This document shows, piece by piece, positions 24,011 to 36,561 of a DNA stretch of 64,000 nt. The DNA comes from Octopus sinensis (lineage: Eukaryota). The position numbers were made by a program, and so were the translations under genes. Below the pieces are notes generated by a model. That model was not told where the DNA came from, searched no databases, and saw only the letters and a program-made list of their open reading frames with translations. The DNA lies in NCBI RefSeq assembly GCF_006345805.1, contig NC_043016.1, positions 9,424,001 to 9,488,000 of the forward strand, in the 5' to 3' direction. Within the stretch, counting starts at the first letter, position 1. Every line of letters starts with the position of its first letter.

Positions 24011-24989
24011 GAGATAAATAAATACATGCATAGATATAGATATAGATATATACATACATATACATGCATATACATAGACAGAGAGACAGGCAAATAGATG
24101 ATATAGATATCAGTTTATAAGCGACTGTGTATGTATGTATGACGAAAGGGAATCTATCTTTCTGCCCATTTCCTTCCTAAAGACATGACGTACCTATACC
24201 TGTCTCCTCTCATAGCTCATCCTCCTCGCGTTCATAATAATTTTTCTATCATCTTGGCTCAACAGCCCTCACCATTTGTCTTGTTCTCACTGTCCTGTTC
24301 TTGTTACCACTTTCACCCTCCGCAAAAAATCCTAAATTTTATTTTTTATTAGCTCTGTGGGAAGGACTGTTTCAATGAAGTCGGGTATTGTCCTTGCCTT
24401 CAAAGCATGGAGTAGTTGAAACAGGGACAACTGTAGAAGGGGAATATTCTTTATGTTGCATGTCTCATTTCTCTGTTTTTTTCGTTGTTCAAAAAAATGT
24501 TTGTTTTCTGTGTTTTTGTTTTTATGTTTACGTTTCTCATTGTGTTCAACGCTTTTTGATGTCCTTTACCCATATATACATGTATATATCAAGCGGACAG
24601 AAGAATTAGACTTATAGATATGTAGATGTCCGATTGATGTACTTGGTACAGTCATGGTTGTATTTATTATTATTATTATTATTATATTATTATTATTATT
24701 AATATTAATAATAATTTTTATTGACTTTTGTAGGGTTATAATTATGAACTGAACTGTGTGTTTTTTTTAATTATTTTTTATGTATATGTCTGATTTAATT
24801 TAAATGTGAGTGTGCATATGATTTCCTTGAGGTTAGTTATGGAACTGGAAGTCCAATATGTAGAATAACTGTGTTTGTTAATGTATATTGATATGTGTAG
24901 TATTATGAGTGTCTATGCACACATTTTTATATTTTATATTTTTATATTTATATGTAAAAAAATTTTTTCACACTTATAATAAATTAAAT

Positions 24990-25100
24990 TCTCTGAAGAG
25001 GCCGTGGGACATTCTTGTTAATGTCTCATTTATACCTGCCTTATATGGCTTATAGGTTAAATGAGGCATACTTGTCCTTACGGCCGAAACAGCTGTCAGA
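24990..25100 (+). ncRNA. Type I hammerhead ribozyme with intact core and 86-nt stem II
   Basis: TCT-CTGAAGA(24993-99)-GGCCGT...ACGGCC-GAAA(25086-89)-CAGCTG-TC|AGA. Predicted cleavage after C25097. Confidence 0.8.
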
Positions 25101-25106
25101 TATGAT

Positions 25107-27191
25107 CATCATCATCATCATCATCGTTTAGCGTCCGTTTTCCATGCTAGCATGGGTTGGACGGTTCTACTGGGGTCTGTGAAGCCAGAAGGCTTCATCA
25201 GGCCCAGTCAAATCTGGCAGTGTTTCTACGGCTGGATGCCCTTCCTAACGCCAACCACTCCGTGAGTGTAGTGGGTGCTTTTTACGTGCCACCGCACTGG
25301 TGCCAGACAGAGCTGGCAAACGGCCACGAACGGATGGTGCTTTTTATGTGCCACCGGCACGAGGGCCAGGCGAGGCTGGCAACGGACACGAAACGGGGCG
25401 GTGCTGGCAACGGTCGCGAAACGGAAAGTTCTCTTACATGCCACCGGCACTGGTAACACATCTGCAATTTCCATTGATCGATTTCCATTGATCGATTTCG
25501 ATTCTGATCATCACTTGCCTCAACGGGTCTTCACAAGCAGAGTTTTGACATGCCACCGGCACTGGTAGCACATCCGCAATTTCCATTGGTCGATTTTGAT
25601 TCTGATCCTCACTTGCCTCATCACGTCTTCACAAGTAGAGTTTTGTGTCCCAAGAAGGGAAGGTATGCATACGTAGGCTGGCTCCATCCCATGTAGAAGG
25701 CCACGGGTTATGGACTCACTTGTCCTGCCGGGTCTTCTCGCGCACAGCACACTTCCAGAGGTCTCGGTCTTCTAGTCATTTCCTCAGTGAGACCTAAAGT
25801 TCGAAGGTCGTGCTTCACCACCTCGTCCCAGGTTTTCCTGGGTCTGCCTCTTCCACAGGTTCCCTCACCGCTAGGGTGTGGCACTTTTCCCACAACTATC
25901 TTCATCCATTCTCGCCACATACCATACCAGCGCAAACGTCTCTCTTGCACACCACAACTGATGCTTCTTAGGTCCAGCTTTTCTCTCAAGGTACTTACAC
26001 TCTGCCGAGTGTGAGTACCGCATTACACATCCATCGGAGCATACTGGCTTCATTTCTAGCGAGCTTACGCATATCCTCAGCAGTCACGGCCCATGTTTCA
26101 CTGCCATGTAGCATGGCTGTTCGTACACACGCATCATACAGTCTGCCTTTCACTCTGTGCGAGAGGCCTTTTGTCACCAGTAGAGGTAAGAGCTCTCTGA
26201 ACTTTGCCCAAGCTATTCTTACTCTAGCAGTTACACTTTCAGCACCCCGCCCCCGCTGCTGACTTGGTCACCTAGGAACGGAAACTATCAACTATTTCTA
26301 GTTTTTCTCCCTGGAAAGTGACGGAAGTTGGTCTCAGAGCATTTTTCAGTGTTTATTGTTCCTGACATCTGCCACATACAAAAACCATCTTCCTTTAGTA
26401 GCCTTCCTTTGACATTGCTGCATCTCTTATGTGTCCATAGCTTACACTTGTGCATCTTATAGAGTTTCTACCTACACCTTTTCTACAGATCGAGCAGGCC
26501 ATCTACCTGAAGGTGTTTGTGATTTGTCTACCTTCCTACTGATTATGACTTTGGTTTTAGCTAGATTGATTCTGAGGCCCTTCGATTCTAATCCTTGTTT
26601 CCACACCTGAAACTTCTCCTCCAGTTCTGATAGCGACTCAGCAATTAGAGCAAGGTCATCAGCATAGAGGAGCTCCCAAGGGCATCCCTGTCTTGAATTC
26701 CTCCGTTTTTGCCTGGAGGACTATGATAAATAGGAGGGGCTGAGTACTGAGCCTTGGTGGACTCCTACTCTCCCGGAATTCTTCACTGTACACATTTCAA
26801 CCCTCACCCTACTAGCGGCATCCCTGTACATGGCCCGCACAGCTCTCACTAACCATTCATCTATCCCTAGTTTCCTCATTGCCCACCAGATAAGGGATCG
26901 GGGGACCCTGCCGAAGGCTTTCTCCATGTCAACAAAAGCCAGGTACAGGGGCTTATCTTTGGCTAGGATTTCTCCTGCAGCTGCCTTACCAGGAATATAG
27001 CATCAGTAGTACTTTTCCCTGGCACAAACCCACAACTGATCTCATCTAAACTAACTCTCTCTAATTAGTTGGGCTATGACCCTCTCCGTAACCTTCATCA
27101 CCTGGTCCAACAGCTTGATACCTCTGTAGTTATTTGTATCTAGGGCATCACCTTTACCTTTGTAGCAGTTGACTATTATACTGCTACACAG
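25107..27191 (-). mobile_element. 5'-truncated RTE-clade LINE (RT domain to (GAT)n tail), frameshifted
   Basis: ORFs 26721-26927 (EKAFGRVPR...GVHQGSVLSP, RT motifs), 25995-26177 and 25708-25989, then the 3' UTR and tail at 25107-25124. Confidence 0.93.
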
Positions 27192-27638
27192 TCTTAATAT
27201 TTTATATTTTATATTTCTATTTCCTTGTCTAATTATATTTACAATATATTTGTATAATGCCTTTGCTGTTATGTAATGGTGTAATAAAGTATTGATTGGG
27301 TATCATCTGATGGTTGATGTTTGATTGATTTAAGTATGTTTCTCCATTTTCTAATTTTGTATTATATATATATATATATAATATATAATATATATATACA
27401 TATATAGTAGGTATGTACATATATGTATGTATATATGCATAAATTTATATATATTTATACTATATGTTATAATATGTGTGTGTGTGTGTGTGTGTGTCTA
27501 TATATGTATACATTTTAGTTTATATATATAAATAGATGTATATACATATGTGTGTGTGTGTGCACGTGTGTGTGCATTTATATGCTTATTCTTTGACTCG
27601 TTGCACATTTATTTATATCTGTATGCATAAACACATGC

Positions 27639-27697
<59 letters not shown>

Positions 27698-28016
27698 GAT
27701 ACAACAAATAAAATGCAGTATACATGCTTCCTTACACATACTTGCACTGACTGGCACATACACATATTCACATTACCATCATTACTTCTCTTTAGTTTTT
27801 TTTTTCTTCTTTTTTCTTCTTCTCTTTAGTTTTTATTTTTATCCTTTTTACACAGATAAATTGCATAGACAAAAACAGATGGAACATGACTTGCAGAAAA
27901 GAATCACAGAGTCTGGGGCTGTACATACAAACGTGCATCAAGACAATACATAGAAACATTATATTCCTTGTCAAACAAGTGCAATGCCTAAAAATAATGC
28001 ATTAATGCACATAGCT

Positions 28017-28063
<47 letters not shown>

Positions 28064-28091
28064 TTTGCGCACATATATGTTATATATATAT

Positions 28092-28490
28092 ACTTTTTTA
28101 CTTGTTTCAGTCATTTTGACTGCGGCCATGCTGAGCACCGCCTTTTAATCGAGCAACTCAACCCCAGGACTTATTCTTTGTAAGCCCAGTACTTATTCTA
28201 TAGGTCTCTTTTGCCGAACCGCTAAGTGATGACGGGGACGTAAACACACCAGCATCGGTTGTCAAGCAATGCTAAGGGGGGAAACACAGACACACAAACA
28301 TACACACACACACATATATATATATACATATATACGACGGGCTTCTTTCAGTTTCCGTCTACCAAATCCACTCACAAGGCTTTGGTCAGCCCGAGGCTAT
28401 GTAGAAGATACTTGCCCAAGGTGCCACACAGTGGGACTGAACCCGGAACCATGTGGTTGGTAAGCAAGCTACTTACCACACAGCCACTCC
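28092..28490 (-). mobile_element. SINE family A
   Basis: Full-length consensus match. Confidence 0.92.
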
Positions 28491-28497
28491 TATATAA

Positions 28498-28537
<40 letters not shown>

Positions 28538-29194
28538 ATGTATGTATATATATATATAGAGAGAGATAGAGAGAGAGGTGGGGTGGTAGATAATACATAC
28601 ATATATATGTGCATATGTGTATTATTTATACATATACCCACATATAATATATATAATATACATTCATATATGTATACACACACATGTATATATACACACA
28701 CACACAGACACACATGCACATACACACACACATACACATGAACATACACACACATGTGTATAGATGTAAATAAGTATATTAGATGATGAATGTTTAGATG
28801 GATATTGTCAGATGGATAGATAGAAAGACAGACAGGCAGACAGACAAACAGACAGACAGGCAGGCAGACAGACAGGCAGGCAGGCAGAAAAACAGACAGG
28901 CAAATAGCTCAGTTAATAATAATCCATTGTTAAGCTTCAATACATTAATACAAAACAGTAACTGCAAATACAACAAACTTGCACCTTTGTATAGAATCAG
29001 CTGAAACGATCATTGAATATGGCAGAGAATAATAAGCAGAAAAGCATAATTTTTAACAATAATTAATAATTTCATTGAGTTCAACCACTGTTTCAATGGC
29101 ATAAAATATCATTATAAAAAATCCTTACATAAATAATGATGTTTTATGCTATTGAAACAGCTGCCGAGCGCACTTAAATTATCAACTTTTTTTC

Positions 29195-29628
29195 TTTTCT
29201 TTTTCTTTTATTTGTTTCAAGTCATTTGACTGTGGCCATGCTGGAGCACCACCTTTAGTCGAGCAAATCGACCGCAGGACTTATTACATGTAAGCCTAGT
29301 ATTTATTCTATCAGTCTCTCTTGCCGAACCGCTAAGTGACGGGGATGTAAACACACTAGCATTGGTGTTGTCAGCGATGTTGGAGGGACAAACACAGGCA
29401 CACAAACATATATATACATACATATATACATACATATATATTATATATAGTATATATATATATATATATATACATACAACGGGTTTCTTTCAGTTTCCGT
29501 CTACCAAATCCACTCACAAGGCTTTGGTCGGCCCAAGGCTATAGTTGAAGACACTTGCCCAAGGTGCCGCACAGTGGGACTGAACCCAGAACCATGTGGT
29601 TGGTAAGCAAGCTACTTACCACACGGCC
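29195..29628 (-). mobile_element. SINE family A
   Basis: Near full-length consensus match. Confidence 0.9.
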
Positions 29629-30286
29629 GTTTGTCTTTGCTGCTCAAATACTCTCATAGCTCATTTTCATCTCATTGATACATACATATGTGTGTGTTTA
29701 TGTAGATATAACTATATATCATTAACATCATCATCATCATCATCACCCTCATCATCATCATCATCATCATCACCACCATCAATATCATTTAAAGTTCCAT
29801 GTTCCACGTTGGCATGGGTCAGACGGTTTGATAGGCTTCAATGTGTTTAAGAACTTCATCAAGCGCCAATCCCTGCTTTGGATTGGTTTTCATAGTTTGG
29901 ATGTCCTTCCTAGTACCTACCACAGGTACATACATATATAAAAGCAAGTATAGATATACATGTGGGTTTATACAAATATATGTGTATGTGTGCATATGCA
30001 TGTTGTGTTTGTACATATGTGTGTGTGTATGTGTGTGTGTGTATGTGTGATATAATCACATACTGCCATTATGTGACAATTGTATTTTTAGAAAACGATT
30101 GCAACACGGAAGACGTGTGTAAGCCATTCAAGAACACACAAAAACCGTTAGTTTCATTTCAACATTTAAATTTTTAATTTGTGTCAAAATATTTTCATCG
30201 CTTTACAAACCACAACTTGTTCACTGACAAAACTTTGTACTGCATCTTTCAGTTTGTAGCTAATTGCAATCAACTAATGTGTGTGT

Positions 30287-30317
<31 letters not shown>

Positions 30318-30865
30318 CGTGCGTGCGTGTGTGTGTGTGTGTGTGTGTCTCTGTCTTTTGTTTATGGTTATCTCAAATGAACATACAGCTATAAATGACA
30401 GAGCTAATTACTACATTTAATTAAAAATCACCGAAGACAGAAAATAAGTTAAAGGCTACTCATCGGACATGCACCATACATTTACTGTAACCTAGAAAGT
30501 TGCGATATCTTTTCTTTTTTTTTGTTTCCCCATCCAAGCCTTTTTCTGAACTGAATGTATTTTTGAGCAATTATTTATAACGGCATGTCCTTTTGATATC
30601 AGAAATAGAAAACTTATTTTCATATTTCTTGCAGCTTCTAAAATTACACTCTAAACACAAGCACACACCAAACACACACATGCACACGCACACACACACA
30701 CACACACATACATACATACATGCATACCCACTCTCACACATACATACACACATGCATACATACACAATCACATAGAGATGTCATTGTTTCAAATGAAAAA
30801 ACATGAAAGAAAATAATAAAGAATTAAGAAAATACCTTAAAAATAAAGTCAAACTTGAATATCTA

Positions 30866-31282
30866 GGCGCAGGAGTGGCTGTGTGGTAAGTAAAGCTTGT
30901 TTACCAACCACATGGTTCCGGGTTCAGTCCCACTGCGTGGCACCTTGGGCAAGTGTCTTCTACCTATAGCCTCGGGCCGACCAAAGCCTTGTGAGTGGTT
31001 TGGTAGACGGAAACTGAAAGAAGCCCGTCGTGTATATATTGTATATATATGTATGCGTGTGTGTGTTTGTGTGTCTGTGTTTGTCCCCCTAGCATTGCTT
31101 GACAACCGATGCTGGTGTGTTTAGCCCCGTTATCTAGCGGTTCGGCAAAATAGACCGACAAAATAAGTACTGGACTTACAAAAGAATAAGTCCCGGGGTC
31201 GAGTTGCTCGAATGAAGGCGGTGCTCCAGCATGGCCGCAGTCAAATGACTGAAACAAGTAAAGAGTAAAAGAGTAAAAGAGT
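30866..31282 (+). mobile_element. SINE family A (full length)
   Basis: ggcgcaggagtggctgtgtggtaag...aaacaagtaaagagtaaaagagtaaaagag. Confidence 0.93.
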
Positions 31283-31360
31283 ATAGTGTTTCTTTAATTG
31301 TGACTTCAAACAAAAGCCATACCATATTTATGCAAATATCTATAAATCTATATCTGTCTG

Positions 31361-31411
<51 letters not shown>

Positions 31412-31741
31412 GTCTATCTGTCTATCTATCTATCTATTTATCTTATTGATCGTTTTTTTTTTTTTTTTCCTCTTCCCCTTTTTTCCCCTTTTTTTCTTTC
31501 TTCCTTTTTCATTTCTCTTTCCTTTTGTTTCCTTTTCCTTTCTTTTTTATTCTTTTTATTTTATTCAATTTTTTTTTTTTGTTTTGTTTTTTTTTCTTCC
31601 CTTTTACGATCCCTCTTGATCGAAAACCTACGAAACCCCTTTTTTTTCTTTTGTTTTTTTGTTCTCTTCATCCCCCAAAAGAAAAGCTCTACCTTGTAAC
31701 TTGTCCCATCTGTGTGCAGTCCTGTGTGGCAATAAAGAAAC

Positions 31742-31813
<72 letters not shown>

Positions 31814-31885
31814 GTTTCTAACTGTCTGTCTATTCATCTATCTGTCTGTCTGTCTCTATTCTTCTATCTGTCTGTCTATTTATCT

Positions 31886-32118
31886 TATTCCTTTACTGCC
31901 CACAAGGGGCTAGACACAAAGGGGGACAAACAAGGACAGACAAACAATTAAGTCGATAATATCGACCCCCAGTGAGTAACTGGTACTTATTTAATCGACC
32001 CCCAAATTGATGAAAGGCAAAGTCGACCTCGACGGAATTTGAACTCAGAATGTAGCGACAGACGAAATACTGCTAAGCATTTCGCCCGGTGTGCTAACGT
32101 TTCTGCCAGCTCACCGCC
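31886..32118 (-). mobile_element. SINE family B
   Basis: Full-length consensus match. Confidence 0.9.
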
Positions 32119-32147
32119 TTATCTATTTATCTGGCTGTTTATATATG

Positions 32148-32196
<49 letters not shown>

Positions 32197-32296
32197 ATAC
32201 ATATATGTATATGTGTGTATGTGTGTGCATATATGTGTATATGTGTGTGTGTAAGTATATACATAAATATTTATCTCTTTCTTCTGAATCACTGAC

Positions 32297-32455
32297 AGAG
32301 TGGCTGTATGGTAAGAAGCTTGCTTCCAAACCACATGGTTCCGGGTTCAGTCCCACTACGTGGCACCATGGGCAAGTATCTTCTGCTATAGCCTCAGGCT
32401 GACCAAAGCCTTGTGAGTGGATTTGATAGACAAAAACTGAAAGAAGCCCGTCATA

Positions 32456-32488
<33 letters not shown>

Positions 32489-32690
32489 TTGTATCTGTTC
32501 CCTGACTATCGCTTGACAACCAAAGCTGGTGTGTTTACGTTCCTGTCACTTAGCAGTTCGGCAAAAAAGGCCAATAAAATAAGTACGTACTTGGCTCACC
32601 AAGAATAAGTTCTGTGGTCAATTTGTTCAACTAAAGGTGCTGCTCCAGCATGGCCACGGTCAAATGACTGAAATAAGAATTAAAAAATAA
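32297..32690 (+). mobile_element. SINE family A
   Basis: Consensus match. Confidence 0.88.
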
Positions 32691-32839
32691 GAAACGTTCT
32701 CTCTCTCTCTCTCTCTCCCTCTTTTTCTTAGTCTCTAATTTTGGAGATCTCTCCTCTCTGCCCCTCCCCTTTTCCCCACTCTCTCTTTCCTTCTTTTATA
32801 TTATATGCACATCACAGACATGTAAAAATACAAATACAT

Positions 32840-33024
32840 ACATATCTATCTATCTTTCTATCTATTTATCTGTCTATCAATCTATCTATTTATCTGTCTG
32901 TCTATCTATCTATCTATTTATCTGTCTATCAATCTATCTGTATATCTGTCTATCAATCTATCTACCTTCCTTCCTACCTATCTATCTACTTACTTACTTA
33001 ATTACCTACCTACCTATCTGTCTA

Positions 33025-33112
<88 letters not shown>

Positions 33113-33222
33113 CAATATATATAATGTGTGTGTGTGTGTGTGTATTTATTATATATATATAAAATACACACACATGTATATATAAGAATATATATGTCAA
33201 TGTAGCTATCTTTTTATCTCTC

Positions 33223-33264
<42 letters not shown>

Positions 33265-33823
33265 CAAGGTAGATAGATAGATAGATAGACACAGTGAATA
33301 AAGACAGAAATTAGAGACTACTGTGTGAGTGGGACAAATAAAGTTGGGTGAAAGATTGGACTAGCTTTGGGTTGATATGACAACCAATGTGCCACAATAC
33401 CAACTTTGTGTGTGTTCCAGTGTGTACCAGGGACTGAACAACGGCGGCGGGGGGGGGCAGGACATTTGTCTTCAATGGGGGGGTGATGCTCTTACTGTTA
33501 GAACTCGTTATGCAGCTCTAACAAACTGTCTCTCCTTCCCTATCCCCCCTCTCTCTCTCTTTCTCTTAGTCTCTGATTTTGAAAATCTCTCCCTGTCTCT
33601 GCCTCTCTCCTTCTCCCACTCTCTCTTTTCTTCTTTCTCTAAGTCTTTAATTCTAAAAATGTTTCTCTCTCTTTCTCTCCCTCCCTTTTTCTAATATTCT
33701 TGCAACACTACCTTCTCTTTTTTCTTTCTTACTACTAATATTTGCAATGTTCCTTTCTTATTTCTGTCTCAGATATTTACAGTACTCGTCTTTCTCTCTC
33801 TCTCTCTTTCTCCCTTTCTCTCA

Positions 33824-33854
<31 letters not shown>

Positions 33855-33876
33855 CATCTACCTATCTATCTATCTC

Positions 33877-33953
<77 letters not shown>

Positions 33954-34227
33954 ATCTATTTATCTTTCTGTTTCCATCTGCCTGTCTATCTGTCTGTCTA
34001 TGTATTTCATCTATCTGTCTGTCTTTCTGTCTCTGTCTATCTATCAATCTATCTGTTTGTCTGTCTGTCTGCTTGTCTATCTATCAATCAATCAATCTAT
34101 CTATCTATCTATCTATCTGTCTGTCTATCTGTCTGTCCGTCTATGTCTTTGTCTATTTATCTGTCTGTCTTTCTATTTGTTTCTCTATGTATGTATCTAT
34201 AAATCTATATCTATCTATCTACCTAGA

Positions 34228-34302
<75 letters not shown>

Positions 34303-34345
34303 ATATCTGTCTGTCTGTCTGTCTGTCTGTCTATTTATCTATCTC
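32840..34345. repeat. Compound (TCTA)n/(TCTG)n/(TC)n low-complexity region
   Basis: Directly visible, interrupted by short unique stretches. Confidence 0.85.
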
Positions 34346-34689
34346 CCGAGTACACATAAAGATACAGTGACATGTATGTGAATGCATCTGCATTTATACA
34401 GTCATACCTTCCATGAAAAGAAAAAGAGATTTTAGAAATTTTGAGAATACAAAGAATAGTGATGTGGTTGGGTGGGAGAAGACAGGTAGAAAGGGAAGAA
34501 AAACTTGCCCAAGTGAGTCAGGCAAAACTAGACAGGGGTGGTGGAAGAGAATTGGAGAAACAGAGAGCGCAGAGAACGGCAAAACTAGAAAGGGAAAGCA
34601 TAGAAGTGAAAGTGAGAGAACAGATGAAAAGAAACAGAAAGAAAGAGTTAAGAAAAACATGAAAAGGAAAGAATGGAAGACAGAAGAGA

Positions 34690-34809
34690 TGAGGCAGAAG
34701 AAAGAACGAGAGAAAGAAAGGAAGAAAGAAAGAAAAAAAGAAAGAAAGAAGGAAAGAAAGAAAGAAAGAAAGAAGGAAAGAAAGAAAGAAGGAAAGAAAG
34801 AAAGAAGGA

Positions 34810-34841
<32 letters not shown>

Positions 34842-35080
34842 AGGAAAGAAAGAAAGAAGGAAAGAAAGAAAGAAGGAAAGAAAGAGAGAGAAAGAAAGAA
34901 AGAAAGAAAGGAAGGAAGGAAGGAAGGAAGAAAGAAAGAAGGAAAGAAAGGAAGAAAGAAAGAGAGAGAAAGAACGAGAGAAAGAAAGAAAGAAAGAAAG
35001 AACGAGAGAAAGAAAGGAATGAAGAAAGAAAGAAAGACAGAAAGAGAGAAAGAAAGAAAGAAAGAGAAAAAGGAATTGGT
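34690..35080. repeat. (GAAA)n/(GGAA)n polypurine tract
   Basis: Directly visible. Confidence 0.96.
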
Positions 35081-35783
35081 GTAACGATGCAATAATAAAA
35101 AGAAAGAAAGGGAAGGAGAGAAAAGTAAGCTGTTGCTGCTGATGCTGCAACTCTTTGATAATTTTGATGATAGTGAATGAAGAAGTCAATAGCACTGACT
35201 AACTAGACTGGAGGGGTTTCAAAGAAACAGACGGACGGGCGGACGGACGGAGTAAAGATCATAGATCATAGAGTACTAAAAGGTTGAGACAGAGAAAGAT
35301 TGATCAATCGATAGAGAGAGTGTGTGTGGGGTAGATAGACAGGCAGAGACAGAAACAGACAGTGACATAGACAGAGAGAAAAGGATGGAGAGAGCAAATG
35401 AATGACTCAAACAGAAACTGAAAGGTAGTTAGCATGAAACTATAAAAGATAGACACAGGCGGAAGTAAAGATAAGGGTGCCGACGGAGATACATACATAC
35501 ATACATATATATACACATATATATATAAAGAGACAAGGGAGGCGTAAGTGAAGAGAGGTAAGGGGAAAGAGAAAGCGAAGCAGAGGCAGATGCTGAAATG
35601 TAGAGAGAAAGAGACAGGGTAGCAGCCTAGTGTAACTTAGAGATTGTGCTAGTAAGAGATATTAGGGAGTAAAAAAAGAAAGAAAGCGGGTGCCGGGAGG
35701 AGGAGGATTGCAGAGAAACGAGGTAGGAGGATAGTGCGAGGAAGAGTCAGAGGAGTGATGCTACTTCCCGCCATCCAGTCGTT

Positions 35784-36275
35784 ATGGCCGCCATTGAAAA
35801 CCTTTTAGGAAACTACGTCGTCCCTTGTCAGAATCTCTCGGCGGACAACACCATATCGGCCTCCACTTCTAGCGACGACAGCAGCGTCAGCACGGACGAC
35901 GGACATCACCGAAAGTGTTCTCCTCTGCTGGCCGTTAAAGACATCAGTGGAAAGGACAAAATAATCGGTTTGTTCTTCGCCATCTTGCCCGACAGCTACA
36001 GAGAAGAAGATGGCGGCTTGTTGTCGTCTGCCTCTTCATCTTCATCGTCGAACGTCGCCCCTGCGGGCTGTGTTTTGGGAACACCGCAGCACGCTTTCAA
36101 CACAGTGCTGCGGTTCTATAAAGATTTCAAACAGAATTCCCCCTCAAGGGACAATTTAGAGATCATCTTTGTATCGACAGACACCGCACTCGAGACCCTA
36201 AACTGGCCCCTTTACCAAAAGTACTTAGCGGACATGCCGTGGATGGCCCTACCGTTACAAGACCGTCAAAGGCAG
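35784..36275 (+). CDS. NXN: First coding exon (164 codons) of a nucleoredoxin-like gene (N-terminal thioredoxin-like domain)
   Basis: MAAIENLLG...KIIGLFF...LRFYKDFK...LEIIFVSTD...YQKYLADMPWMALPLQDRQRQ matches the nucleoredoxin pattern (LEIVFVSSD, DMPWLALP). Good start context gttATGG; phase-0 donor CAG|GTACGT at 36275/76. GC-rich relative to its surroundings. Confidence 0.82.
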
Positions 36276-36561
36276 GTACGTAGTTCATTGTTAACATTAT
36301 AAGGGTGACGGCCATCAGTCATATTGGGCCGAGTTTGTTGTTGTTTTCATGTTGTTTCCTTGGAAATAGTATCTGTCAAACGATTGGACATGTAAGTATA
36401 CACACACATGGTGACGTTTTTGTATATATACCCTGCATGCACACATGTAAGCGCACGTATTTTAGACACCCCTGTAAATGTACCCTTGGACACATACGAT
36501 AAATGCTCTAATGTGCATACTCATAGGGATCATGTAGAATTTGCATATATATATATATATA

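Noticed and set aside
25270-25620. Repeated acgtgccaccggcac / atgccaccggcactggta motifs that could look like a CRISPR array
   Set aside because: These are internal repeats of the RTE 3' UTR, present in every copy, with irregular spacing and no cas genes in a eukaryotic context.
30866-30945. tRNA-like sequences at SINE heads (also 1480, 42730, 53531, 54499, 57407)
   Set aside because: They have A/B-box-like motifs but continue into SINE bodies and tails and lack a complete acceptor stem, so they are not tRNA genes.
34413-35195. 223-aa Lys/Glu/Arg-rich ORF and its Phe/Leu/Ser-rich antisense ORFs
   Set aside because: Products of the (GAAA)n tract; no recognisable domain.
36276-36302. Last nine codons (VRSSLLTL*) of ORF 35784-36302
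   Set aside because: They follow a consensus donor at the point where nucleoredoxin homology ends, so they are treated as intron.
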